Origin: Candidatus Poribacteria bacterium | GTDB lineage: Bacteria; Poribacteria; WGA-4E; UBA9662 | Reading direction: 5' to 3' | Assembly (NCBI GenBank): GCA_046582655.1 | Contig: JAYGDX010000167.1 | Coordinates: 1-48,197 of the forward strand | DNA length: 48,197 nucleotides | Part shown: positions 40,146-48,197 of the stretch, piece by piece | Numbering within the stretch: position 1 is the stretch's first letter | Layout: each line of letters begins with the position of its first letter | Translations under genes and position numbers: made by a program | Notes under the pieces: generated by a model | Databases searched by the model: none | What the model was told of the DNA's origin: nothing | The model's input: the letters and a program-made list of their open reading frames with translations, nothing else

Positions 40146-40727
40146 ATGGCAGGCAATCCAATAGAGGAGAATCGAAAACTCGATTCCCATTTGTCAGAGG
40201 ATGGTGAGATCTACCGTATCCGAATATATGGAGATCCAGTTTTACACGAAAAGGCTTTGCCTATTGAAGAAATCACAGAAGAAGATTATCAAATAGCAAA
40301 CAGAATGCTGGCGACCATGTATAGCAACCCAATTGGGATTGGCTTAGCTGCGACTCAGGTTGGAATTCTGAGGAGGCTGATCGTTATTGATATTGATCGA
40401 GATGATCCTGATAATGCTCCGATTGTTCTGATTAATCCGGAAATTCTAGAACAGGAAGGGGAATCTATTATTGAGGAGGGATGCTTGAGCATCCCAGAGT
40501 TAAAGGCTGAGGTAAAACGACCAGAAAAGGTAATTGCTTCTGCCCGCACCTTAGATGACGAGGAAATTGTTATTGAAGATGAATCACTTCTAGCACGCGT
40601 ACTACAGCATGAGATTGATCATTTAAATGGTATATTGTTTATAGATCATCTAAGCCGAAAAAAGCAGAAGCGGCTTAAAGCCAAACTACGTCAAATCAGA
40701 CAAGAATACGCCGAGATTTCCGTATAA
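40146..40727 (+). CDS. def: Peptide deformylase
   Basis: GIGLAATQVG, EGCLS, QHEIDHLNG. Confidence 0.97.
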   Translation: MAGNPIEENRKLDSHLSEDGEIYRIRIYGDPVLHEKALPIEEITEEDYQIANRMLATMYSNPIGIGLAATQVGILRRLIVIDIDRDDPDNAPIVLINPEILEQEGESIIEEGCLSIPELKAEVKRPEKVIASARTLDDEEIVIEDESLLARVLQHEIDHLNGILFIDHLSRKKQKRLKAKLRQIRQEYAEISV

Positions 40728-40754
40728 CCAGCGGGATTATCAAGAGTGCTACTG

Positions 40755-41478
40755 ATAAAATTAACCTGAAGATAGATCAACTTTTTCAATACTTTTGGCT
40801 GCCTGATGATCCCCAAGCTTTATTCACAGGATGAAATGCAGAAAATTATCGAAGGATTTGAGTGGTCGATCCAGAACCGTGATGGAGGAAAGGAGCGTGA
40901 TGGTATTAAGCCGTGCCGTGTTTGGTGGTTTAATTGAGCACACACAGGAATGTGTGCTATTCTAGATTTAATTGGGGGGTTGGGCGAGAACTTTAATTAC
41001 TTGGTAATGATAATTATTACACTGGAAATACTGAATGGTATCCTGATGATAGTTAGCCTTCTATATTATAGATTTCTTAACTCGCGATGCATGTGCGGTT
41101 CGCCTTCTCCATGGTAGTTAGCCTGATCATTTTGGTGTTCCGCCTACTGAGTTCCCCGGTAGCATAGTTATTGAAACTACTCCTGAGGATATTGTTATTT
41201 TAATTATAATCTATACTATGCTCCATGTGGCGGTGACGACCAGCGGCGTATGTTTATCCTGAACTGTACTTGCCCATGCCGAGGCTTTGAAAGATATAGA
41301 AACAGCTCTTCAATATTTAAGTGTTTATTCACCACATGGCTACAAAGCTAGGACAGTCGCGGGCATGTTTCATCCGACTATGATAGATACCGCCGATGGA
41401 AATCGTATGGTTCATCTTCTTCAACGGATGGAGATCTATGATCCGCTTTTCTCACAGTTCACCGGAAGCAGAAGTTAA
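40755..41478 (+). pseudogene. Heavily decayed PhyH-family dioxygenase
   Basis: From ATA 40755: (I)KLT*R*INFFNTFGCLMIPKLYSQDEMQKIIEGFEWSIQN, then fragments in shifting frames (FGGLIEHT, NYYTGNTEWYPD, LETTPEDIVIFN, GGDDQRRMF); the C-terminal remnant is ORF 41287-41478. Confidence 0.72.
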
Positions 41479-41502
41479 TTTAAGTATTTGAGGGGAAATG
41501 TT

Positions 41503-42360
41503 ATGTTAGCGTTTGATCAAAAATTAGATCATCTGGATAAGATCCTAAAATCGTATGGACGCCTTATTGTCGCTTTCTCAGGTGGAGTGGACAGTACCTT
41601 TTTAGCAGAAGCGGCAATCAGGGCAGTTGGTGACAATGCCCTCGCTGTGACCGCAATTTCTGATTCGTATCCTGAACGCGAAATGGAAGCGGCGCAAAAG
41701 ATTGCTGAGGAGATTGGCATTCGACTTGAAACAGTTAGTACCGGTGAACTTGAAATCGAAGGCTATGTCAGCAATTCAATTAACCGCTGCTACTTTTGCA
41801 AAAGTGAGCTTTTCGATAAACTTAAGGTAATCGCGGAAAAGTATAATATGGGTACAATGGTTTACGGCGCAATTCCAGATGATATCGGCGATCATCGTCC
41901 CGGCATGGATGCTGCCAAAGAGATGGGAATTCGGGCACCATTAATTGAAGCTAACCTGACGAAAACAGATATTCGGCAGGCCTCAAAGAAATGGGAGTTA
42001 AAAACATGGGACAAACCCGCCTTCGCTTGTTTATCTTCTCGCTTCCCATATGGTACGAGAATTACACGAGAAAAATTACGACAAGTAGATCAAGCGGAAC
42101 AGTTTCTGTATGATCTTGGTATCCATCAGTTTCGGGTCAGGCATCACGACGACTTTGCCAGGGTTGAACTAGACGTAGACGGCATTAACCTAATGAGACA
42201 AAAGAACATTCGAAGACAGATTAACCAAAAATTCAAATCACTTGGTTATAGGTTTGTGGCGCTTGATCTGCAAGGATATCGATCTGGAAGTCTGAACACG
42301 GGTGTAGCTAAAGTTATTAAATTGGGATTGGAAGCAGTTGAAACTTCGTTGAATGGTTAG
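41503..42360 (+). CDS. larE: ATP-dependent sulfur transferase LarE family (PP-loop)
   Basis: AFSGGVDS, NRCYFCK, DHRPG, WDKPAFACLSSRFPYG, RVRHH, GYRSGSLN. Confidence 0.9.
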   Translation: MLAFDQKLDHLDKILKSYGRLIVAFSGGVDSTFLAEAAIRAVGDNALAVTAISDSYPEREMEAAQKIAEEIGIRLETVSTGELEIEGYVSNSINRCYFCKSELFDKLKVIAEKYNMGTMVYGAIPDDIGDHRPGMDAAKEMGIRAPLIEANLTKTDIRQASKKWELKTWDKPAFACLSSRFPYGTRITREKLRQVDQAEQFLYDLGIHQFRVRHHDDFARVELDVDGINLMRQKNIRRQINQKFKSLGYRFVALDLQGYRSGSLNTGVAKVIKLGLEAVETSLNG

Positions 42361-43447
42361 GTCAAAAGTGGGTAAAAAGATTATTGCCGCTATGAGTGGT
42401 GGTGTTGACAGTTCGGTGACGGCTGCCTTGATGGTGGAGGCCGGTTATGACGTAATAGCTGTCACCATGAGACTTGGTAACCACGATACAGCTGAATTTG
42501 ACGATAGTAAGCCAAATTGCTGCTCACTTGAAGGTGTAGAGGACGCACGTCGTGTTTCCAGACTGTTAAATATTCCATTCTACGCTTTCAACTATGCGGA
42601 TCAGTTTCGGAAAAGTATTGTTGACTATTTTGTCGATGAATATATTGCCGGACGTACACCCAGTCCATGCGTGATGTGCAATAAGGATTTAAAGTTCGGG
42701 AAACTGCTTGACCAAGCGGATCAACTTGGTTACGACTATGTGGCTACAGGACACTATGCGCGAATTGAACAAGATGCAGAAAATGGTCGTTATCTGCTGC
42801 GCTGTGGTGTTGATCAACAGAAAGATCAATCCTACTTCCTGTTTTCCTTGACCCAAGACCAACTGAGCCGTGCAATTATGCCGCTCGGCGAGCTTAACAA
42901 AAATCAGGTCAGGAAGATTGCACGCGAGTATAATATGCTGACAGCCGATAAACCGGAGAGTCAGGAACTTTGTTTCATCGCAGATGATAATTATAAGCGG
43001 TTTCTAAAAGACCGAATTCCTGAACGGATTCAGCCGGGATCCATCATCAATCAAGATAACGAAAAACTTGGTGAGCATCAAGGCATTCCGTTTTATACAA
43101 TCGGACAACGCCGTGGGCTTGGAATCTCTGCCAAGACACCACTTTATGTTACAAAAATCCAGACAACAGATAATACAATTGTCGTTGGCGAATTGCAAAG
43201 CCTGATGCGAGACAGCATGCAAGTAGAGGATTTAAATCTAATCTCAATTGGCAAACTAGAATCACCCATCCGCGCCAAAGTCAAAATTCGCTATAAAGAT
43301 TCAGGATCGATGGCGACAATCTCTCCATTAGGTGACACATTAGCTGAAATTCAATTCGATGGTCCCCGGAGAGCTGTTACTCCCGGGCAGGCAGCCGTTT
43401 TCTATCATGACGATCTCGTTATTGGTGGAGGGTGGATCTCTAAGTAG
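42353..43447 (+). CDS. mnmA: tRNA 2-thiouridine(34) synthase
   Basis: AMSGGVDSSV, TPSPCVMCN, ATGHYA, KDQSYFL, ESQELCF, YTIGQRRGLG, TPGQAAVFY. Confidence 0.97.
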   Translation: MVRSKVGKKIIAAMSGGVDSSVTAALMVEAGYDVIAVTMRLGNHDTAEFDDSKPNCCSLEGVEDARRVSRLLNIPFYAFNYADQFRKSIVDYFVDEYIAGRTPSPCVMCNKDLKFGKLLDQADQLGYDYVATGHYARIEQDAENGRYLLRCGVDQQKDQSYFLFSLTQDQLSRAIMPLGELNKNQVRKIAREYNMLTADKPESQELCFIADDNYKRFLKDRIPERIQPGSIINQDNEKLGEHQGIPFYTIGQRRGLGISAKTPLYVTKIQTTDNTIVVGELQSLMRDSMQVEDLNLISIGKLESPIRAKVKIRYKDSGSMATISPLGDTLAEIQFDGPRRAVTPGQAAVFYHDDLVIGGGWISK

Positions 43448-43455
43448 CAACACAG

Positions 43456-43983
43456 ATGATGAAAACGATTATCTTCTTTGCCATTGTGTTGCTTATTCTT
43501 GTAATAGCAGCGGTTTTCGTTGTTCATTATTTTGCTCGAGAGCCGCTAACATATTTGCTGAACCAGACAGAAGGGATTGATGAAGAGCTCACGCTCTCTG
43601 ACGAAGATAAAACGGTCTACGTCTTTGATGAAGCTCGTGGTAATATTGCTAACCCAAACGGAGATAGTGTCCGGTTTTTTATGGTACAGGCAGTTGGGTC
43701 TATACCTACCGGCAAACATATACTAACCCGAAAAAAGGAAGGTTATGCCAAGGTCGCCCGTGCCAGAATAAAAGATTTAATGATTACGGTTATCGGTAAT
43801 AAAACAGCTATTGAACTCCAGAACCCTCTAGTGAAAGAGGAAATGCGATCCCACTTCAGAATTGAATTTAATCGAATTACTCGAGAAGAATTCTCCAGAG
43901 CAAATCCCAAAGTCGACCCTAGAGATCTGATTTGGGAAACGCATATTGAAGATTTATATTTCCGCACATATAATATCCAATAA
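43456..43983 (+). CDS. FliL-like single-pass membrane protein
   Basis: N-terminal TM; NIA...RFF, RIKDLMITVIGNKTAIEL....KEEMR...FN and C-terminal IEDLYFRTYNIQ resemble the FliL pattern as I recall it. Confidence 0.65.
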   Translation: MMKTIIFFAIVLLILVIAAVFVVHYFAREPLTYLLNQTEGIDEELTLSDEDKTVYVFDEARGNIANPNGDSVRFFMVQAVGSIPTGKHILTRKKEGYAKVARARIKDLMITVIGNKTAIELQNPLVKEEMRSHFRIEFNRITREEFSRANPKVDPRDLIWETHIEDLYFRTYNIQ

Positions 43984-43992
43984 AAAACCGCT

Positions 43993-44724
43993 GTGATTGA
44001 GATTACGCTTCGTACCCGGACAAATATTTTTCATGGTTCCGATACTTGGCAAGAAGTCCATTTCAAAAAGCAGTTCGATCCCGCTAAGACAGCTATCTTA
44101 ATCTGTGATATGTGGGATTTTCATTGGTGTCCAACTTCTACCAACCGTTTTAATCGGATCGCCCACGAGATGTCGATTGTTATTGAGGCCGCTCGGAATC
44201 AAGGTTTTCAGATTATCCATTCTCCGTCTGACTGCATGGACTTCTATAAGGATCTGCCACAACGGCAAGGCATAATCAGCTTGCCATGCGTTCAACCACC
44301 TGATCCGTTACATATCACCGATCCGCCTTTACCAATTGATGCCTCTGACGATGGTTGCGAAGATAACCCATCACCAAAACCCTACCGCGCATGGACCCGT
44401 CAGCATGATGCCATTCGAATCGCCGAAGAAGACCTGATTTCAGATAATGGTGATGAAGTGTATAGCTTTTTCATGGATGCCAGGATTCAAGATATGTTTA
44501 TTATGGGAGTGGCAGTGAATATGTGTATTCTAGGAAGAACGTTTGCCATTCGTCAAATGACGAATTGGGGGATCAATTGCGTTTTGGTTCGTGATATGAC
44601 AGATTCAATGTATAATCCAAAGATGCCACCCTACGTCAGTCATGACGAAGGTACGGAACTGGTTGTTCAGCACATCGAGAAATATTGGTGTCCCTCCTGC
44701 CTAAGCCAAGAGTTACTTCTTTGA
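43993..44724 (+). CDS. Isochorismatase/cysteine hydrolase family protein
   Basis: TAILICDMW, IIHSPS, MGVAVNMCILGR, VLVRDMTD. Confidence 0.85.
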   Translation: MIEITLRTRTNIFHGSDTWQEVHFKKQFDPAKTAILICDMWDFHWCPTSTNRFNRIAHEMSIVIEAARNQGFQIIHSPSDCMDFYKDLPQRQGIISLPCVQPPDPLHITDPPLPIDASDDGCEDNPSPKPYRAWTRQHDAIRIAEEDLISDNGDEVYSFFMDARIQDMFIMGVAVNMCILGRTFAIRQMTNWGINCVLVRDMTDSMYNPKMPPYVSHDEGTELVVQHIEKYWCPSCLSQELLL

Positions 44725-45669
44725 ATCAGACAGCATGTCTTCAATTCGATCCGCAAGCATTTCAATAAAGAGTGGATGGTTACCTACCGTTCCTGCTCGA
44801 ACCATAGTTATTCCGCACGATTGTGCTTTTTTTTTCCCTGCAATATCAAGATCGTAAAGTATTTCAACATGATCACACAAAAAGCCAATCGGTGATACAA
44901 TTATATCATTAACATTTTTTCCTTTTTTTGATTCAATGAGGCTTTCGATAGTCGGTTGCGTCCAAGAAATAGGTGGGTTATCGGGAGCACTTTGATAGGC
45001 GATTTCAAAGTGCTTATCAAGTCGGGCGGCAACCAACTTTGCGGTTTCGATGAATTGCTTTGTGTAAGGCGATTGTTCTGCAGCAGTCTGAGGAATAGCA
45101 TGTGCGGTTAGGATCAGACCTGCTCTTTTAAACCGTTCACGACTCCAACCTAGGCATGATGATCGGATTAAATCAGTAACAGCATCAATAAACCCATCTT
45201 CTTTGTACCAAGGTTCTATGTAGCGAACAACCAGCGGCCCATTTTCTGACATATTAACGGCATCCTGCACTTCTTGCTGATAGCGTTCCCAACTGGCACT
45301 TGACTGGAAAGATGACAATATGATTCCAATAATACTCCTTGATCCATCCGTAACCATCTGCTCCACGGTTTCACCAAAAAACGGTGACCAATTGCGCATG
45401 CCGATATAAACCGGAAGATCGAGTCCTCGGCTTTTTAGAACATCTTTTAACGCGGTTGCTTGCTTGAAAGTTAGTTCATTGAATGGAGAGAAACCACCAA
45501 AAACGTTGTAATGCTTAGCGACCTCTTCAACTCGATCCATATTATTAGTGCCAACGATACACTGAACGAAACAGAGTGCTTCGCTTCCCGGGCAGGGATC
45601 TAGCCGCTTACAGCAGCCAGGTGTCGGTCCACCGAAGCCGATCAGAAATACACCATCGTATTGATTCAT
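44713..45669 (-). CDS. hemH: Ferrochelatase (probably coproporphyrin type) with N-terminal Cys-rich insert
   Basis: GFGGP, HY..FGGFSP, GMRNWSP, TAHAIP, AYQS, WTQP, PIGFLCDHVEILYDLD. Confidence 0.92.
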   Translation of the reverse strand: MNQYDGVFLIGFGGPTPGCCKRLDPCPGSEALCFVQCIVGTNNMDRVEEVAKHYNVFGGFSPFNELTFKQATALKDVLKSRGLDLPVYIGMRNWSPFFGETVEQMVTDGSRSIIGIILSSFQSSASWERYQQEVQDAVNMSENGPLVVRYIEPWYKEDGFIDAVTDLIRSSCLGWSRERFKRAGLILTAHAIPQTAAEQSPYTKQFIETAKLVAARLDKHFEIAYQSAPDNPPISWTQPTIESLIESKKGKNVNDIIVSPIGFLCDHVEILYDLDIAGKKKAQSCGITMVRAGTVGNHPLFIEMLADRIEDMLSDSKK

Positions 45670-46721
45670 GATTTGCTGCTCTGGTTATGCACGTAGTCAA
45701 CTAGGGCAACCACTTTGTCAACAGACATGGTTGGTAGTATACCGTGCCCCAGATTAAAAATATGACCGTTCCGGCCTTCGGTTTGATCTAACACCTGTTT
45801 GGCACGTTTCTCAATTCCTGGATAATCAGCATAAAGCACGCATGGATCAAGATTGCCCTGTACTGCAATTTGTCCGAGTCTGTCCCACGCTTGGTTGAGT
45901 TCAACCCGAAAGTCTAGTCCAATTACCTGACCGCCTGCTTCTTTCATTAGTTCAAGCAGCATTGCGGTTCCAGTGCCGAAATGGATTAGTGGGGTTCCAT
46001 CGACAATGGTGTCAATAACAGATTTTGTATAGGGTAATACGAATTCGCGGTAATCGGACGGACTGAGACAACCGACCCAACTATCAAAAAGCTGCAATGC
46101 TTGCGCACCGGCTTTGACTTGACCATTCAGGTATTTGGTAGTAGCCAAACTGATCAATGACATCAAGTCACGCCATGCGCTTGGCTCGCTGTACATCAAG
46201 GTTTTTGTGTTTTCATAATTCCTTGAACTTCCGCCTTCTATCATATAGCTTGCCACAGTAAAAGGGGCACCAGCAAAACCGATCAATGGAATATTTGGTT
46301 GAAGCATAGCTCGTGTCTCTCGCACAACATCAAACACAAAGCTCAAAGATTCGTCAGGCTCTACTTCACGTAAGTTCCTAATTTGATCAGCCGTACGAAT
46401 CGGGTTATTTAAAATAGGGCCTTCCCCCTTTACGTATTCTAGATCCATGCCCATTGGCTGCAGAATAAGCAGAATATCGGAAAAGATTATAGCCGCGTCA
46501 ACACCTATACGTTCGACAGCTGTTATCATCACTTCAGCCGCCAGTTGGGCATTCTGGCACAGATCCAGAAAAGATACTTTCTCCCGGATTTCACGGTACT
46601 CTTTCATGTATCTTCCGGCTTGACGCATCAGCCAAATCGGCGTGTAGTCAGTTGGTTCACATCGGCACGCTTTCATGAACACCGAATCATTGAGTAGGCT
46701 AGATGTTTCTGTTTCGATCAT
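45666..46721 (-). CDS. hemE: Uroporphyrinogen decarboxylase
   Basis: PIWLMRQAGRY, AAIIFSDIL, GFAGAPFT, QLFDSW, QGNLDP, FNLGHGI. Confidence 0.98.
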   Translation of the reverse strand: MIETETSSLLNDSVFMKACRCEPTDYTPIWLMRQAGRYMKEYREIREKVSFLDLCQNAQLAAEVMITAVERIGVDAAIIFSDILLILQPMGMDLEYVKGEGPILNNPIRTADQIRNLREVEPDESLSFVFDVVRETRAMLQPNIPLIGFAGAPFTVASYMIEGGSSRNYENTKTLMYSEPSAWRDLMSLISLATTKYLNGQVKAGAQALQLFDSWVGCLSPSDYREFVLPYTKSVIDTIVDGTPLIHFGTGTAMLLELMKEAGGQVIGLDFRVELNQAWDRLGQIAVQGNLDPCVLYADYPGIEKRAKQVLDQTEGRNGHIFNLGHGILPTMSVDKVVALVDYVHNQSSKS

Positions 46722-46735
46722 AACTGTTCCCCGTT

Positions 46736-47635
46736 TTAAAGTTTTTTACTTCCTTGCACGAAGGTGGCACATATTTTGGCGTCGACCGTGTGAGCGATAG
46801 AACGAAATTGGCCCAACCCATCCAATCTCACATCGAGGATATCCACGATGTTTCATGTCCAGTAAGCAACGCAATAATAAGGCTTTACCAATTCCTAAAC
46901 CACGTAATTCTTTATCAACTCCCGTTGGGCCGAAACTGCCACGAAACATAGTGACATCGTAGGATGCAAAACCGCGGATTGCTTTGTGTGTATCCACTAT
47001 GAAAAAAGTAGGAACTGGATCATTCTTTAACCCATTACTGGACTCCGCAGTCCACCCTTCTCCCCAAGTGCCTAAAACCCATTGGTAGTATGCCTGTTGG
47101 TCTTGATGATCTAATCGCTTGATTCCCATGCCTATATTTGATAATAACTGTTCAGATTGGGAGAAGTCAAAATCATTCTCCTGTAGATCAACACTCATGT
47201 TGTGAACATAGTTGTTAAATTGGTAACCGTTTGATTTTAAAAGCAAAATGCATTAGTATAGCGCACATCCAAACCAGGTGTAAAATAATAAGGTGCGGCG
47301 TTGAGAGCATGAATTTGGCTGCATCCTGCGGACTTAAAAAGAGCCTCCAGTTCTACCAGCATCACATTGCCAAACCCCTTACGCCGATAGTATTGATCTA
47401 TCCCAAATAGCTTGATCCAACCCTCTTCACCCCGAACTACACCGATCATACAACCTATTATCTCTGTTTTATGACGTAATAAAAACCCATGCTCATTCTG
47501 ATAATCTGGATCATCAAATATGCGCTTCTTAATAATTTCTGGTTCAAATTGTCCTTGGTGCAACTCACAGTTGGCATTGCAAAAATCCGCAAGTGTTTGC
47601 AGATGATCTAGGGACAACTCAACAAAATGTGCCAT
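46736..47635 (-). pseudogene. Two-domain GNAT acetyltransferase with two apparent frameshifts
   Basis: ORFs 47635-47237 (RRKGFG) and 47246-46746 (RGLGIG) join if one T is added to TGC-TTT-TAA near 47240. Removing one base near 46796 gives a more plausible end, FYAHTVDAKICATFVQGSKKL* (stop 46736-46738). Confidence 0.75.
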
Positions 47636-47792
47636 TTCTCTCTAACCGAAATCTGATTCTAATCTTGATTCAGTAAATGCCTAAGAATACTAGCTCCAGC
47701 AACCCGCAAACTAAGAGCAAAAGTATCGGGAGCTGATTTGTATTTTGTCACAGGTAAAACAAATTAATCTAATGATTGTACAGATGATAAAA

Positions 47793-48197
47793 TTACTTGT
47801 TATCTCTGTGCGAAGTGATATCAAACCAAACCGCTGAAACTAGCACCAATCCCTTGATTATATTTTGCCAGGCAGAATCAAGGTTGGCCATACTCATTCT
47901 GTTATTTAAACTTTCCATCACCAATGCTCCTAAGATCGCCCCTGGTATACTTCCCCGTCCTCCCATCAGACTGGCTCCACCAATTACGCACGCGGCAATA
48001 GCATCGAGTTCCAGGAGTCTTCTTGCTTCTGGGCTTGCACTCCCGATTCGTGATGTCATAATAATTCCTGCAACTGCCATCATCATCCCCATAATGGCAA
48101 AAACAATGAGTGTAATCTTCTGAACGTTTATTCCTGAGAGATATGAGGCTTCAGCATTACCACCAACCGCATAGACGTAACGACCAAATCGAGTGTT
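47793..48197 (-). CDS. Sugar ABC transporter permease (XylH/RbsC family), 5' end outside window
   Basis: NTRFGRYVYAVGGNAEASYLSGINV, ELDAIAACVIGGASLMGGRG, WQNIIKG. Confidence 0.92.
   Translation of the reverse strand, partial: NTRFGRYVYAVGGNAEASYLSGINVQKITLIVFAIMGMMMAVAGIIMTSRIGSASPEARRLLELDAIAACVIGGASLMGGRGSIPGAILGALVMESLNNRMSMANLDSAWQNIIKGLVLVSAVWFDITSHRDNK

Overview
Bacterial chromosomal window, moderately AT-rich, with mixed housekeeping and accessory genes. The PhyH paralog expansion, Gfo/Idh/MocA and TPR genes and a giant Ig-like surface protein resemble Candidatus Poribacteria, but that assignment is inference only. No CRISPR array, integrase, transposase or rRNA was seen. The ORF track misses three genes: (1) a >1885-aa secreted Ig/IPT-repeat protein on the minus strand (5655 to beyond position 1); (2) a heavily decayed PhyH pseudogene (~40755-41478); (3) the best find, a 115-aa lipoprotein with a heavy-metal-associated (HMA, MerP/CopZ-like) domain at 25328-24981 (-). 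In that gene an in-frame TGA replaces the first metal-binding Cys (GMI-U-GIS-C) and is followed by an fdhF-like SECIS hairpin, so it is a probable selenoprotein. Other points of interest: a Na/Pi transporter + HhH-ROK kinase + tandem thymidylate-kinase-like cluster, a ferrochelatase with an N-terminal Cys-rich insert, a YdjY-like/acylphosphatase fusion, an alpha-2-macroglobulin without pbpC, an orphan FliL-like gene, coupled larE-mnmA, and several frameshifted genes.
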